A stretch of DNA of 64,000 nt from an uncultured Bacillota bacterium (GCA_963804645.1 CAWDRG010000009.1:448001-512000); one strand, 5' to 3'; shown: positions 43,992 through 54,338, numbered from the stretch's first letter. Numbers and translations: made by a program. The notes: a model not told the origin generated them from the letters alone.

Positions 43992-44804
43992 ATGAGAGTC
44001 GTCGACAGCCACTGCCATGCCGCACTGGTTTGGTCCGAGCCCGTCGAGCTGTTGCTGCATCAGATGGACGCGAACAAGGTCGATCATGCGGTGTTGATCC
44101 AAATCAGCGGGATTACCGACAACCACTATCAGGATGACTGCGTGCGCCGCTTCCCCGGCCGCTTTGCCTCAGTGGTCGGCGTGGACGCAACGCGCTCCGA
44201 CGCATGCGACCAGCTACGGCGGCTGGCCGAACTGGGGGCGAGCGGGGTACGGCTCCGCGCCACGACTCGATCACCCGAGCCCGATCGGTGGGCGATCTGG
44301 CGGGCTGCGGCGGCTCTGGACCTCTCGGTCAGTTGCCTGGGGGCGCCGGGGGATTTCGTCGACGGGGAGTTCGTGCGCTTGGTGGAGGAGCGCTCAGATC
44401 TGCGTCTCGTGATCGAGCATCTCGGGGCGTCCAATCGTCCCGAGAACTACACGCTCGAGGAGCGGCGACGCGTCTTCGACCTCGCGCGCTTTCCGAACGT
44501 GTTTGTCAAGATTCATGGACTCGGGGAATTCTGCCCGCGACCTGTGCCGATGCGGGACCCTCCATTTCCGCCCACGATCCCGCCCCTGTTTGAGATGGCG
44601 TACGATGCGTTCGGGCCGGAGCGCATGATGTGGGGCAGCGACTTCCCGCCCGTCGCCGGCCGCGAAGGGTATCGCAACGCGCTCAAGTACGCGCTTGAGC
44701 GGTTCGCCTCCCGCAGCGAGCGCGATCGGGAGAGCATTTTCGGCGCGGTGGCGCTCCGGCTATTCCCGCTGCGGCCGGCTTCGCGGACGGGCACCGGCTC
44801 GTGA
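43992..44804 (+). CDS. Amidohydrolase family 2 protein (L-fuconolactonase-like)
   Basis: VDSHCH, GVRL, VIEHLG, NVFVK, RMMWGSDFP. Confidence 0.88.
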   Translation: MRVVDSHCHAALVWSEPVELLLHQMDANKVDHAVLIQISGITDNHYQDDCVRRFPGRFASVVGVDATRSDACDQLRRLAELGASGVRLRATTRSPEPDRWAIWRAAAALDLSVSCLGAPGDFVDGEFVRLVEERSDLRLVIEHLGASNRPENYTLEERRRVFDLARFPNVFVKIHGLGEFCPRPVPMRDPPFPPTIPPLFEMAYDAFGPERMMWGSDFPPVAGREGYRNALKYALERFASRSERDRESIFGAVALRLFPLRPASRTGTGS

Positions 44805-44887
44805 CGCGGTGGGCCCCGGGACGTCGTGGCGTGTCGGTTGCCCAGGGCGGTACTCGGAGACAACCCCGGTCTAGATGCGAGGCGCGT

Positions 44888-45685
44888 CTAGCGCGTCAGG
44901 AACTCGGTGACCGGCACGAACGTGATCCCCGCGCGGCGGAACTCGGGCAGCATGCGCTGCACGACGTCGGGCGCGCCGGTCGAGATGTGGGCGCCTGCGA
45001 CCGCCCATCCCTGCCGCTCGGCAAGGGCGATGAGCCCGCGGACCTTGTCGGCGATGTGATCCGGCGGGATATCAAGGTACGTCGTGGTCGTCACGGTTGG
45101 CACGCCCAGACGGCGCGCCGTCTCGACATCGACCGACTCGGCCGTTTCCGGGTTTTCGAGGAACCACAGCCCGCGCGCCCTGAGGACTTCGAGGACGGCC
45201 GTCATGACGCGGCGATCGGCCGTCGCCAGCGACCCGGCATGATTGCTGACACCGACGACGCCGGGAACGCTGTCCAAGTCGCCCTCGACCACGCGCGCAA
45301 TCTCGGCGTCCGTCATCCGCACCCACACGGTGCCGGTCACCGGCCCGAGGTCCCCGGCGTGGACGGGCTCGAGCGGCAGGTGGAGGATCGGCGTCAGACC
45401 ATGCGCGGCAGCCGTGCGGGCGATCTCGGCCGAATCCCGCATGTGGGGAAAGATGCCGAGCCCGAACGGTTCGTGCATCGCGTAGATCGGCGCCAGCTCT
45501 GCGAGGCTCGCGCCAGCATGCTCGAAAACCAGCGCGACGCGGGGATGTTCGGTCCCGAACGCGTGCGGGGCCAGCAGCGCCAACCACACGCTGGCGATGA
45601 CTGCCGCGCGGCCCGCGGCGCGCGACAGAAGGCTTGGGCGGCGTCCCGCCACTCTCGTGCCGGTTCCTGAACACACGGCGCGCAT
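44888..45685 (-). CDS. Divergent polysaccharide deacetylase (YibQ-like)
   Basis: ILHLPLEP, VGVSNHAGS, YLD, AGAH; N-terminal hydrophobic anchor. Confidence 0.82.
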   Translation of the reverse strand: MRAVCSGTGTRVAGRRPSLLSRAAGRAAVIASVWLALLAPHAFGTEHPRVALVFEHAGASLAELAPIYAMHEPFGLGIFPHMRDSAEIARTAAAHGLTPILHLPLEPVHAGDLGPVTGTVWVRMTDAEIARVVEGDLDSVPGVVGVSNHAGSLATADRRVMTAVLEVLRARGLWFLENPETAESVDVETARRLGVPTVTTTTYLDIPPDHIADKVRGLIALAERQGWAVAGAHISTGAPDVVQRMLPEFRRAGITFVPVTEFLTR

Positions 45686-45843
45686 GACCTGCACATTCCG
45701 TGTGCGCCATGCATGTTCCTCGGCGGCGGCCCGTACGCCGTCCGAATTAGTCGGAGGAGTTGAGGCGGCCGGGCCGTAGAGAAACCGGGGGCGCGCCACG
45801 GACGACGGGGCGCACCGCTGACTCGAGGAGAGAGGAGAACGGA

Positions 45844-47055
45844 GTGGGCGTCACAGCCAGGCCGTGGTGGTCGTGGATTCGCCGCGCGTCACGCCTCGTG
45901 ACCGCGATGGCGGTGCTCGTGTGCGCGCTGGGGTTGGGGGGCGCGGCCACCCGCGCCGCGAGCAGTCCGGGCACGGTGACGACGGTGCCGGGGATGCCGC
46001 CGGTCGTCGATCCGCGCAACATTTACAGCGAGACCGCTCCCGGGGACATCGCGCCCGAAGTTGCGAAGGATCTGCCGCGCGTGTACGTGCCAAACCTCCG
46101 ATCCAACGACGTCTACGTGATCGATCCGTCCACGTTCAAGGTGATCGACCGCTTCCCGGTGGGGGTCGAACCGCAGCACGTCGTCCCATCCTGGGACCTG
46201 CGCACGCTCTGGGTGACCAACAATGCGGAGGGCCTGCCCAACGGGAGCCTCACGCCGATCAACCCGCGCACCGGGAAGCCCGGTCCGGAGATCCCCGCGG
46301 ATGATCCCTACAACATGTATTTCACCCCGGACGGGGAGTACGCGATCGTCGTCGCGGAGGCGCGGAGGCGGCTGGACTTCCGCGACCCGCACACTATGGC
46401 CCTTCACGACTCCCTCAAGGTGCCGGGCTGCGACGGCATCAACCACGCCGACTACTCCATCGACGGGCGGTATGCGATCTTCACCTGCGAGTTTGGCCCG
46501 GGCCGCATCGCGAAGATCGATACCGTGCACCGCAGGATCCTGGGCTATCTGAGCCTCGGCTCGCACGACATGCCGCAGGACGTGCGCGCCGGGCCTGACG
46601 GGCGCACCTTCTTCGTGGCCGACATGCTGGCGGACGGGGTGTGGGTCATCGACGGCGACGCCTTCAAGAAGATCGGTTTTATCCCGACCGGCGTCGGCGC
46701 GCACGGCCTGTATCCGAGCCGCGACGCGACGAAGCTCTACGTCGCCGACCGCGGGTCGCACCTGATCCACGGCCCGCGCAACAGCCCGTACGGAAACGTG
46801 GCCGTGGTCGATTTCGCGACCCGCAAGGTCGTCGCGCGCTGGTCGGTTCCGGGCGGGGGCAGCCCGGACATGGGCAACGTCAGCGCCGACGGCCGCATCC
46901 TCTGGCTCTCCGGCCGGTTCGACGACGTCGCGTACGCCTTCGACACCACGACCGGAAAAGTCCGCAAGATCCCGGTCGGGCAGGAGCCGCACGGGATCGC
47001 GGTGTGGCCCCAGCCGGGGCGCTACTGCCTGGGCCACACGGGCATCATGCGCTGA
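45844..47055 (+). CDS. Secreted YVTN/YncE beta-propeller protein
   Basis: Signal peptide; repeats RVYVPN..SNDVYVID, PQHVVPS, PQDVRAGPDG, AHGLYPS, IPVGQEPHG. Confidence 0.85.
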   Translation: MGVTARPWWSWIRRASRLVTAMAVLVCALGLGGAATRAASSPGTVTTVPGMPPVVDPRNIYSETAPGDIAPEVAKDLPRVYVPNLRSNDVYVIDPSTFKVIDRFPVGVEPQHVVPSWDLRTLWVTNNAEGLPNGSLTPINPRTGKPGPEIPADDPYNMYFTPDGEYAIVVAEARRRLDFRDPHTMALHDSLKVPGCDGINHADYSIDGRYAIFTCEFGPGRIAKIDTVHRRILGYLSLGSHDMPQDVRAGPDGRTFFVADMLADGVWVIDGDAFKKIGFIPTGVGAHGLYPSRDATKLYVADRGSHLIHGPRNSPYGNVAVVDFATRKVVARWSVPGGGSPDMGNVSADGRILWLSGRFDDVAYAFDTTTGKVRKIPVGQEPHGIAVWPQPGRYCLGHTGIMR

Positions 47056-47217
47056 CGCCTTCGTGACCGACCGGACGGCCGCCTCACGCGGCGGCGACAT
47101 CAGGGAGGGATGGACGTCAGCGTCATGCCGGGAGCGGCGAGACCGCCCGGAGGAATTCCCAGACGGAGCGCGTAGGTTACCGTGCGGAATTCGCACGCCC
47201 CGCTGGGAGGGACAGGC

Positions 47218-48819
47218 ATGGGGACTCCGTTCGGACGTGCACGGACATCGGTGGCTCTGGCGCTCGTCGCCGCGATGGTCGTCCTGGGCGTTGTCGTGGT
47301 GCCGGGCTCGATCACGGGATGGGCTGCGGGCCCGACGACCTTCGTCTGGGGGAAGTCCGGCGACGCGGACACGCTGGACAACAACGTCAGCTCAAACGGC
47401 GAAACCTCGGAGGTCACGACCCAGATCTTCAACCTGCTGGTTCGGGCGAAACCCGGCCGGACCGACATCGAGCCCGACCTGGCGACGAGCTGGTCGGTCT
47501 CGTCGGACGGCTTGATCTGGACGTTCCAGCTTCGCCACGGGGTAACGTTCCAGGACGGCACGCCATGGAACGCCGCGGCCGCAAAGTTCAACTTCGACCG
47601 CTGGTCCGACACGAACAACCCCTATCATGCCGTCAAGGGCACCGACTACTATTATTGGGACGACTTCATGGCCGCCACCTTCCAGGAGTCCAGGGTCGCC
47701 GGTCCCTACACCTTCCAGGTCATCCTCAAGAAGCCCAACGCACCGCTCCTCTACAATCTCTCGATCATCGCGTTCGAGTTCAATAGCCCGGCGTCCGTGC
47801 AGAAGTACGGCGGCGCCGGGGTCGGCCTGCACCCAGTGGGCACGGGCCCGTACAAGTTCGTCGAGTGGGTGCGGGACGACCACGTGACGCTAGACGCGAA
47901 TCCAGCGTTCTTCCGCAAGGGCCTGCCGAAGACACAGCGTGTGATCATGCGGGTCATCAAGGACAACTCGGCGCGGTTCCTCGCCCTTAAGTCAGGCGAG
48001 ATCCAGGCGATGGAGGCCCCCAACCCCGACGACGTCAAAGTCGCGCTGAACGACCCAAACCTGAAGGAGACCTTCCGGCCGGCGTTCAACATCGGCCTGC
48101 TGCGGTTCAACCTGAACTACGCCCTTTTCAAGGACAAGCGCATCCGCCAAGCGATGGTGTACGCGCTCAACCGCAAAGCGATCGTCGACGCGCTGTACGG
48201 CGGTTATGGCCACGTCGCCGAGCAGCACATGCCGCCACTGATGTGGGGACGCGTCTCGAACCCGCCGCAGTACGTGTACGACCCCGCCAAGGCAAAGCAG
48301 CTGATGGCCGAAGCCCAGTACCCAAACGGGTTCTCGTTCGACTTCTGGTACATCCCGGTCAGCCGGCCGTACTTCCCGAACGGCAAAGACATCGCGACCG
48401 CCGTCGCGAGCGACTGGGCCCAGGTCGGGATCCGCGCACACCTGCAGACCGAGGACTGGGCGACCTACCTCAAGGACGAGCTGACCAACCGCTTCCCGAT
48501 GTTCATGGGCGGATGGATTGGCGACAACGGCGATCCTGACGATTGGCTCGGGCACTTCTATCGGGCCTACGACCCCAACAACGCGTACCTCTCGTACAAC
48601 AACCCGGCCGTCGTGGACCTCGTGACGAAGGCCAAGGTGGTCACCGACCAGAATCAGCGGGCGCAGATGTACGCGCAGGCCGAGACGATGGTCCTCAACG
48701 ACATCCGGGACATCCCGCTGGCGCACGCCAGCGTCCCGCTCCTGCTGTGGAAGAACGTGCAGGGGCTGATCGGCCAGCCGGATGCGAACGAGTACATGGA
48801 ACTGGTCTGGCTGCAGTAG
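47218..48819 (+). CDS. Family 5 ABC substrate-binding protein, paralog of 20093-21688
   Basis: WGKSGDADTLD, LVRAKPGRTD.EPDLATSWSVS, WIGDNGDPDDWLG shared with the first copy. Confidence 0.92.
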   Translation: MGTPFGRARTSVALALVAAMVVLGVVVVPGSITGWAAGPTTFVWGKSGDADTLDNNVSSNGETSEVTTQIFNLLVRAKPGRTDIEPDLATSWSVSSDGLIWTFQLRHGVTFQDGTPWNAAAAKFNFDRWSDTNNPYHAVKGTDYYYWDDFMAATFQESRVAGPYTFQVILKKPNAPLLYNLSIIAFEFNSPASVQKYGGAGVGLHPVGTGPYKFVEWVRDDHVTLDANPAFFRKGLPKTQRVIMRVIKDNSARFLALKSGEIQAMEAPNPDDVKVALNDPNLKETFRPAFNIGLLRFNLNYALFKDKRIRQAMVYALNRKAIVDALYGGYGHVAEQHMPPLMWGRVSNPPQYVYDPAKAKQLMAEAQYPNGFSFDFWYIPVSRPYFPNGKDIATAVASDWAQVGIRAHLQTEDWATYLKDELTNRFPMFMGGWIGDNGDPDDWLGHFYRAYDPNNAYLSYNNPAVVDLVTKAKVVTDQNQRAQMYAQAETMVLNDIRDIPLAHASVPLLLWKNVQGLIGQPDANEYMELVWLQ

Positions 48820-48886
48820 CGGGCGGCACCGCGCTTTGCGCGGATCGTTCAAAGAAACACCCTGTTAGTCGCCCCACTTGGGATGC

Positions 48887-49701
48887 TTAGGACAGCCGGA
48901 GCGCCTTCGCGGGATCGATCTTCTCGAAGTCTTGTGCGAACGACACGAGGTAGTCGATCACGGCGGCCAATCGTTTTTTGCGCCCCGCTCCTTGAGCGCG
49001 GCGAGGGACGCCCAGTCTACCTCGGGCGCGCTCTCGAGGTCGACGTCCCAGCAGTCGACTGGAATGTGCACCTGTGCGCCTCGATACTCGAAAGCGCTGA
49101 ACCCGAGCGGTGTGATCGCGTCGCCGAATAGGTGCCGCAGCGGCGGGTTCACGCCCCACTCGCCCTTGAACACCCCTGGCCGCAGGTCGATCGTTTCCTC
49201 GCCCCCGACGGCCAGCGCGATGGCCAGGTCCCAGATGTGGGGGCCCTCTGGAAACGCGTCGGGGGACGTCACGTGGCGGACCTTCCACCACTCCACGATG
49301 GCAAGCAGCATCCCCAGCTCGCGCACGTTGCGGCCGGTCCGGATGAGCACCTCACGGTTGCCGCCGTGGCCGTTCAGGAAGATCACCTTGCGGATGCCGT
49401 TCTGATGGAGGCTCCGGCAGATGTCGGTGTACACCGCCTCGACGGTCTCCCGGTGGATGGTGATCGTTCCCGGATAGTGATCCATCTTGTCGTTCTCGCC
49501 GTACGGCAGCGCGGGCAGGGTGACGAGCCCCGTCCGCCTCCCGACCTGGTCGGCGATCCACGCGGTCGAGGTGGTGTCGAACCCGAGCGGGGTCGGACCG
49601 TGCGAATGCATCGTCCCCACGCCGATGAGCGCGGTGTCGGACCGCGCAAACGCCTCCTCCGCCTCCTTCCAAGACATTTCCTCCAGCCGGTGTTTGGTCA
49701 C
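48887..49701 (-). CDS. Creatininase/MftE-like family protein, 1 frameshift in a homopolymer near 48975
   Basis: LEEMSW, GTMHSHGP, YPGTITI, FLNGHGGN; C-terminus RLAAVIDYLVSF in another frame. Confidence 0.82.
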
Positions 49702-49907
49702 CCTGCCACCTCCGTTGTTCGGCCTTCCACCAACCCACTCGCAACCCAGTGCAACCCACTTGCTCCTACGCCCCAACGGCCGCGCCCTCCTTGAAACGAC
49801 GGTCAGAGTTTGCCGGCCAGACGCGGGACGAACATGGCGCGAAACCTCACTGAACAGGTGGGAGGTCGAACACCGGCACTGTGTCTTCTCAAAGCAAGTC
49901 CCACCGG

Positions 49908-50090
49908 TTGCAAACGCCTTGCAAACGAACGGCGCGGAACGGGATAGTACACATCGACACGGCATGACACAAGGTGAAGTCAGAACCCGCACGGGACGGT
50001 ACGCGCAGGCGCAGTTCGACGCTGGGCGACAATCGATGTGCCGAGCTTTTAGCCCGGGCGTCGGGGGTTCGATTCCCTCACGGCCCACCA
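49908..50090 (+). mobile_element. attR-like unit 3: 137-nt arm plus 3' half of tRNA-Lys (50045-50090)
   Basis: GCTTTTAGCCCGGGCGTCGGGGGTTCGATTCCCTCACGGCCCACCA; 2 mismatches to the tRNA. Confidence 0.88.
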
Positions 50091-50198
50091 AAGTGGAAAG
50101 GGGGCGCGTCCCGAGCAAGCTTGGCGCCGTCCGACCACGCGGATGCCACCGCCGGAGGACGAACTGCGACCCCGTGCGCACCAGCGGCCTCAATCGTG

Positions 50199-50304
50199 CG
50201 ATCTGGTATGAGCAATGACGAGCGCACCACGCCACGGGAGGGCCTCCGCCGCAACGATTGTCAACCAAGCACAGTGGTGTGCTCGTCAGGCTCATACCAG
50301 ATCG
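50199..50304. repeat. Near-perfect ~31-bp inverted repeat with 43-nt spacer
   Basis: CGATCTGGTATGAGCaaTGACGAGCGCACCAC ... GTGGTGTGCTCGTCAgGCTCATACCAGATCG. Confidence 0.85.
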
Positions 50305-50525
50305 GAGGCTATCTCTTCTCGCGCAGGTCGCGGGCGAACGACCGATGCGCTTCTGGGTGTCATTTTCGGGCTCGACCTTGATACGTCCGGGAAGGTCAAC
50401 GTTGGCGCTTCGATCTCGCGGCCTCAGCCTCCGTGCGCGTAACCGTCACCACGGGGGAGGTGGCGGCGAGCCCAAGACGGAATCCAATCGGGCTAGCCAG
50501 ATCAGTTGAGTCGGGAGGCGAGATC

Positions 50526-51443
50526 GTGCGTACGGGCTTTTTTCTCCCCCAAATCGGTCCGGCTGCGAGTCCCCGCGCGGTGGCGCAGGTTGCACAGCGC
50601 GCCGAAGCGCTGGGCTACGATAGCGTGTGGGTCACGGACCGGTTGCTGTATCCGCTTAGTCCCCAAACGCCGTACCCCGCGACCCCGGACGGTTCGCTGC
50701 CGGATGTGTACAAGCATGTCCTGGACCCTTTGCAGACCCTGACGTTCGTGGCCGCGGGCACCCAACGGATCGCGCTCGGGACGAGCGTGCTGGATATGCC
50801 GTTCTACAACCCCGTGCTGCTCGCGCGACAACTCACCACACTGGATGTCTTGTCAGGAGGCCGCTTGCGCGTCGGGTTCGGACAAGGGTGGTCCAAGGAT
50901 GAGTACGACGCCGTGGGTATCTCCCCACGGGGGCTGGGCCGGCGCGCGGACGAGTTTCTCCAGGTGCTCAAGACGATTTGGACCAGTGATCCTGTCGAGT
51001 TTCACGGTCGATACTTCCATATTCCCAGGTCCATCATCAAGCCCAAACCCGTCCAGAAACCTCATCCCCCAATCTACCTCGCGGCCTATTCTCCGGGTGC
51101 CCTGAAGCGGGCAGCGACCATGGCAAACGGGTGGCACCCCGTGGGGGTGCCGCTGGAAGGAATGCAACAGATGATCGCGGGCCTGCGGGAGATGGCGCGT
51201 GGGGCGGGACGAGACCCGGGGGCGCTCGAGATCGTCGTGCGCGCGAACCTTGCGATCACCCCTCGGCCGCTGGGCAAGGAGCGCTGGATTTTTGCCGGCG
51301 CCCGCGACGAGATTCAATCCGACATCCAGGCGGTCCGAGCTCTTGGTGCGCATGAGCTTGTGTTTGACGCCACGTTCTCGCCGGGAGTCGAGGCCGAGGG
51401 TGACTTCCTTAAGATCGCGGAGGAGATGCGCCGCATGGTCTGA
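50526..51443 (+). CDS. LLM-class, probably F420-dependent oxidoreductase
   Basis: AEALGYDSVWVTDR, LDPLQTL, LGTSVL, TLDVLSGGRL..GFGQGW, PKPVQKPHPPI. Confidence 0.9.
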   Translation: MRTGFFLPQIGPAASPRAVAQVAQRAEALGYDSVWVTDRLLYPLSPQTPYPATPDGSLPDVYKHVLDPLQTLTFVAAGTQRIALGTSVLDMPFYNPVLLARQLTTLDVLSGGRLRVGFGQGWSKDEYDAVGISPRGLGRRADEFLQVLKTIWTSDPVEFHGRYFHIPRSIIKPKPVQKPHPPIYLAAYSPGALKRAATMANGWHPVGVPLEGMQQMIAGLREMARGAGRDPGALEIVVRANLAITPRPLGKERWIFAGARDEIQSDIQAVRALGAHELVFDATFSPGVEAEGDFLKIAEEMRRMV

Positions 51444-51444
51444 C

Positions 51445-51807
51445 GTATGGGGGGTCGTGTCGAATCCGCACCTGGATTGGCCGATGTCCCCGGCGGCGTT
51501 GACTTCCGCGTAAGAGATAGCCGTGCCCCGGGGGGGCAATTGTCCTGAAGGTACCCACCGGCGGTGCGCAAAGAAGCATCGTAGTAGCCGCCAGCGTCTC
51601 TGAAATCGCCGACGATGTCCCCGGCGGCGTTGATCCCGTTGGGTTCGGTCCACGTCGCTCCCGGGACATCGAGTGTGACAAACGTAAGTGAAACTGCCGA
51701 GGCTGAGGGCGTGATACCGAGCGCGCAACAGACGATCAGTATACCTACCAAAGCCCAAGGTCGCCGCCTTCTCCATCCCACTCTGGCCGTTTCATAACCT
51801 CGTTCAT
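51445..51807 (-). pseudogene. Decayed secreted protein with HAF-type repeats
   Basis: Signal-like segment, then TLDVPGATWTEPNGINAAGDIVG and a second VNAAGDI repeat in another frame. Confidence 0.55.
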
Positions 51808-51892
51808 GGCCAATCCCCTCCACTGTCCCGCTTTCGATCGCGCCAGAGGACGTGTCCTTGTCCTGACAACAGTGGCGCGCAGCGGTTTCGGT

Positions 51893-51910
51893 ATCGGTCG
51901 AAGGGCCCAT
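51893..51910 (-). promoter_or_regulatory. 7-4-7 palindromic regulator box, copy 1
   Basis: ATGGGCC-CTTC-GACCGAT on the minus strand, 21 nt before TGTTGT. Confidence 0.65.
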
Positions 51911-51962
51911 CGGATCACCTGAGATCCGTAGTGGACGCCGTGGTCGGGTAGTCCTTCCCAGC

Positions 51963-52736
51963 TCACTGGATCTTCATCGCGGGAGGACCCCACGCGTAGT
52001 TCACGATGGGCACGCAGGACTTGCCCGCCACGCTGAGGCTCGCCGTTCCCGATTGCTGCCCCACGACCGCCGGCGAGACGATTGTGGGGGGAAGTGTGCC
52101 GCCGTTGGAAATGACGTTCTCGCCCCTGATGATCTCGCTACCTGATGTGGATATGTAGGTGACGTGGTCGCTGGCATCAAATCCGTCCCCGTAGACAGCA
52201 AACGAGTTCCCATCTGTCGTTACAAGCTCCATCCAAAGATGACAGCTTCCATCACGTGCTTCGATCGGAAATGGGAATGCCTTTGCGAAGGCTTTCACCG
52301 TCTCATCAGTGGAAATGAGGCCGATGCGAAAGGGCTCGCCCTTGGCGTATCTCAAAGCGACGAAATTGACCGTGTCGAGGCGTAACCCGCCAAGAGTCAA
52401 GTTACCTGCCCCATCAGTGATTATTTGGGAGCGAGAGTCCACCCCAGGTGCCGCTCCAAATGGCCAGAACGATATGTGGTAGGTCTTGCCATCCGGGAAT
52501 CCCGACGTGATGAGGTGATAGGAGACTCGTGTTGTACCCTCCGCCACATCCCGGCGGTCCTCCTGAAGGGCCAGTTGGACTCCCGCTGTGTTCGAGTCGG
52601 GTCCCCATCCGAGCAGTGCCTTAACCTGGGGGGAAGCCTGAGTGGAATTCTGAGCCTGACTTAGAGGTAACCACACGCTCATCATGATGAGGCTGAGCAG
52701 AAGTAGTGTTGAAGAGACGAATCGTGTCTGTCTCAT
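51963..52736 (-). CDS. Secreted hypothetical protein
   Basis: Signal peptide MRQTRFVSSTLLLLSLIMMSVWLPLSQA; 257-aa intact ORF; lower GC. Confidence 0.7.
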   Translation of the reverse strand: MRQTRFVSSTLLLLSLIMMSVWLPLSQAQNSTQASPQVKALLGWGPDSNTAGVQLALQEDRRDVAEGTTRVSYHLITSGFPDGKTYHISFWPFGAAPGVDSRSQIITDGAGNLTLGGLRLDTVNFVALRYAKGEPFRIGLISTDETVKAFAKAFPFPIEARDGSCHLWMELVTTDGNSFAVYGDGFDASDHVTYISTSGSEIIRGENVISNGGTLPPTIVSPAVVGQQSGTASLSVAGKSCVPIVNYAWGPPAMKIQ

Positions 52737-52828
52737 CGGTCCGCCGCCTTCAGTTCCTCGGCGTCACAAAAGGCCCCGCCTGAGCCGGCTTCATGACGAA
52801 CGATGAGGCGAACGCCGTGATCGAGGCC

Positions 52829-53137
52829 TCAGGGGGAGAGGCGGAAGTTGCTGTACACGACCTGCAGCGTGGCCGGATACCTTGCCGCCCAGGTCTCCAC
52901 CGCATCGGCGATCTCGACCGCGCCGGACGTATCTGTGGGACCATGCAGGTATGCGTACAACGCGTCGCCCGCATCCTTGAGGTCGCCAACGATTTGACCG
53001 GAGGCGTTGATCGGCCATCCGCCGCGTGGCATCCCGTCCTGGGAATCGACCGCGTGTGAGACCGCGACACCCGGGATAGTAAGATACAGGGCGCAAGCGA
53101 CGGCCATCGCACTTACGAAAACTCGATTTAGCCGCAT
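52829..53137 (-). CDS. Small secreted protein with one HAF-like repeat (possibly a remnant)
   Basis: GAGGAGG RBS; signal peptide; INASGQIVG. Confidence 0.5.
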   Translation of the reverse strand: MRLNRVFVSAMAVACALYLTIPGVAVSHAVDSQDGMPRGGWPINASGQIVGDLKDAGDALYAYLHGPTDTSGAVEIADAVETWAARYPATLQVVYSNFRLSP

Positions 53138-53230
53138 CGTTCGTCCCTCCTCTGGCCGTTCTTGCCTCGACCCGTCCAACGTGTCCCGATCTCTTCGGTC
53201 CAAAGCGTAGCAGCCTCAGGCAGTCCCGAC

Positions 53231-53248
53231 ATCGGCCGAAGGGCCCAT
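53231..53248 (-). promoter_or_regulatory. 7-4-7 palindromic regulator box, copy 2
   Basis: ATGGGCC-CTTC-GGCCGAT on the minus strand, 21 nt before TACGCT. Confidence 0.7.
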
Positions 53249-53579
53249 CGATCCACGCGGGACCTCGGGAAGCGGACGAATCGGCGAGTCTGCGTACCGG
53301 CCGACGGTTGAACCGGAATTCTGACCACGACCGAACACCTGACCGGTTAGTGAGATCCATGCCCTCTTCGCGCGAGAGGCCGGGATACTCCACTGGGCAT
53401 CTCGCGCCGGCGTAAGGATCGGCGGGAGCGCTGGAGCCCGCGGCCGGGGTGGCGGCTCCATCCCGGCAGTCTTGGACGGCACGCCCACTCCCGCCCCGGC
53501 ACGCGGCGATGCGGTATTGTATTGCGAGGACCTGCACCCGACATCGGGCAACGAATCCCACGTCGTTCCGTTCCGCCGT

Positions 53580-54145
53580 TCAGAAGTGGATCTCCATCGT
53601 CAGTTCGAGCACAGCGTCCCCGAGATGGATGTTCGGCATCGTGAGCGTCGCGGCGGCGGTGAGTGGAGGCTGAGGGATCGGGTCCAGATCGCCTCGTCGA
53701 CGTGCTTCATGAGGGCTGCCTGGTGTGCTTGGTTCGTCGCGTAGCCAATGGACCCGAACCAGAACCACGACCAAAAAGATTGGCCGGGATTATAAATGAG
53801 ACTCTTGGCCTGCTGCGCCGTGAGCGCAGTGGTCTGATCGCCCTGATCGCTGAGTAGCGCAATCTGACCGGGATCGACGTGAAGCGTTCCGGCCGCATGG
53901 TTCTGGAGCGTCAGTTCCATTTCGAACAGCACCTGGGGGGCCAGCGGGGAAAGAGACGCGGTCACGGAACCCGACTGCCCCGAACACGCCGACGACGGCG
54001 GGTTCACAGGTTGCGCCGCGACGGGCGCTTGGAAGAGAAGGAGGACGGCCGCCGCGGCGATCCACGCGCGGTACCCGATGCGCCTCTGCGGTCCACACGA
54101 CGCCTTCCGGACTTCTGGTTCGGCGAACGGCACATCCGGTCTCAT
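53580..54145 (-). CDS. Exported hypothetical protein, frameshift near the C-terminus
   Basis: GGGAGG RBS; hydrophobic WIAAAAVLLLFQAPVAA; continues as PPLTAAATLTMP..LELTMEIHF* in another frame. Confidence 0.55.
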
Positions 54146-54232
54146 GGCTTGCCCTCCCCATCGGCGGCGAAGACGTCGAGCTCGCCGCATCCGGCGTTCG
54201 CGCAGAATCTACGCTCGCCCGCGGGCATCCGC

Positions 54233-54250
54233 ATCGGGCGAAGGGCCTAG
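54233..54250 (-). promoter_or_regulatory. 7-4-7 palindromic regulator box, copy 3
   Basis: CTAGGCC-CTTC-GCCCGAT on the minus strand, 21 nt before TAGATT. Confidence 0.65.
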
Positions 54251-54338
54251 CGAAACCGGCCGCTCCGGGCCGGCGGCGCCCGGGACGAGATGAAACGAAG
54301 TGCAAGACCGCGGAATGTCCCGCGCAAGGTGTGATCGG

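Noticed and set aside
47181..47197. Palindrome CGTGCG-GAATT-CGCACG before the second binding-protein gene
   Set aside because: Single occurrence, absent before the paralog; could be an operator or leader hairpin but is unsupported
37065..50090. Additional tRNA-Lys genes at 37065, 43489 and 50045
   Set aside because: Only the 3' half is present; there is no D arm or 5' acceptor strand, so they are att remnants
34398..50090. CRISPR array
   Set aside because: The repeats are kilobases apart and tRNA-derived; no short regular repeat-spacer units or cas genes were seen in the window
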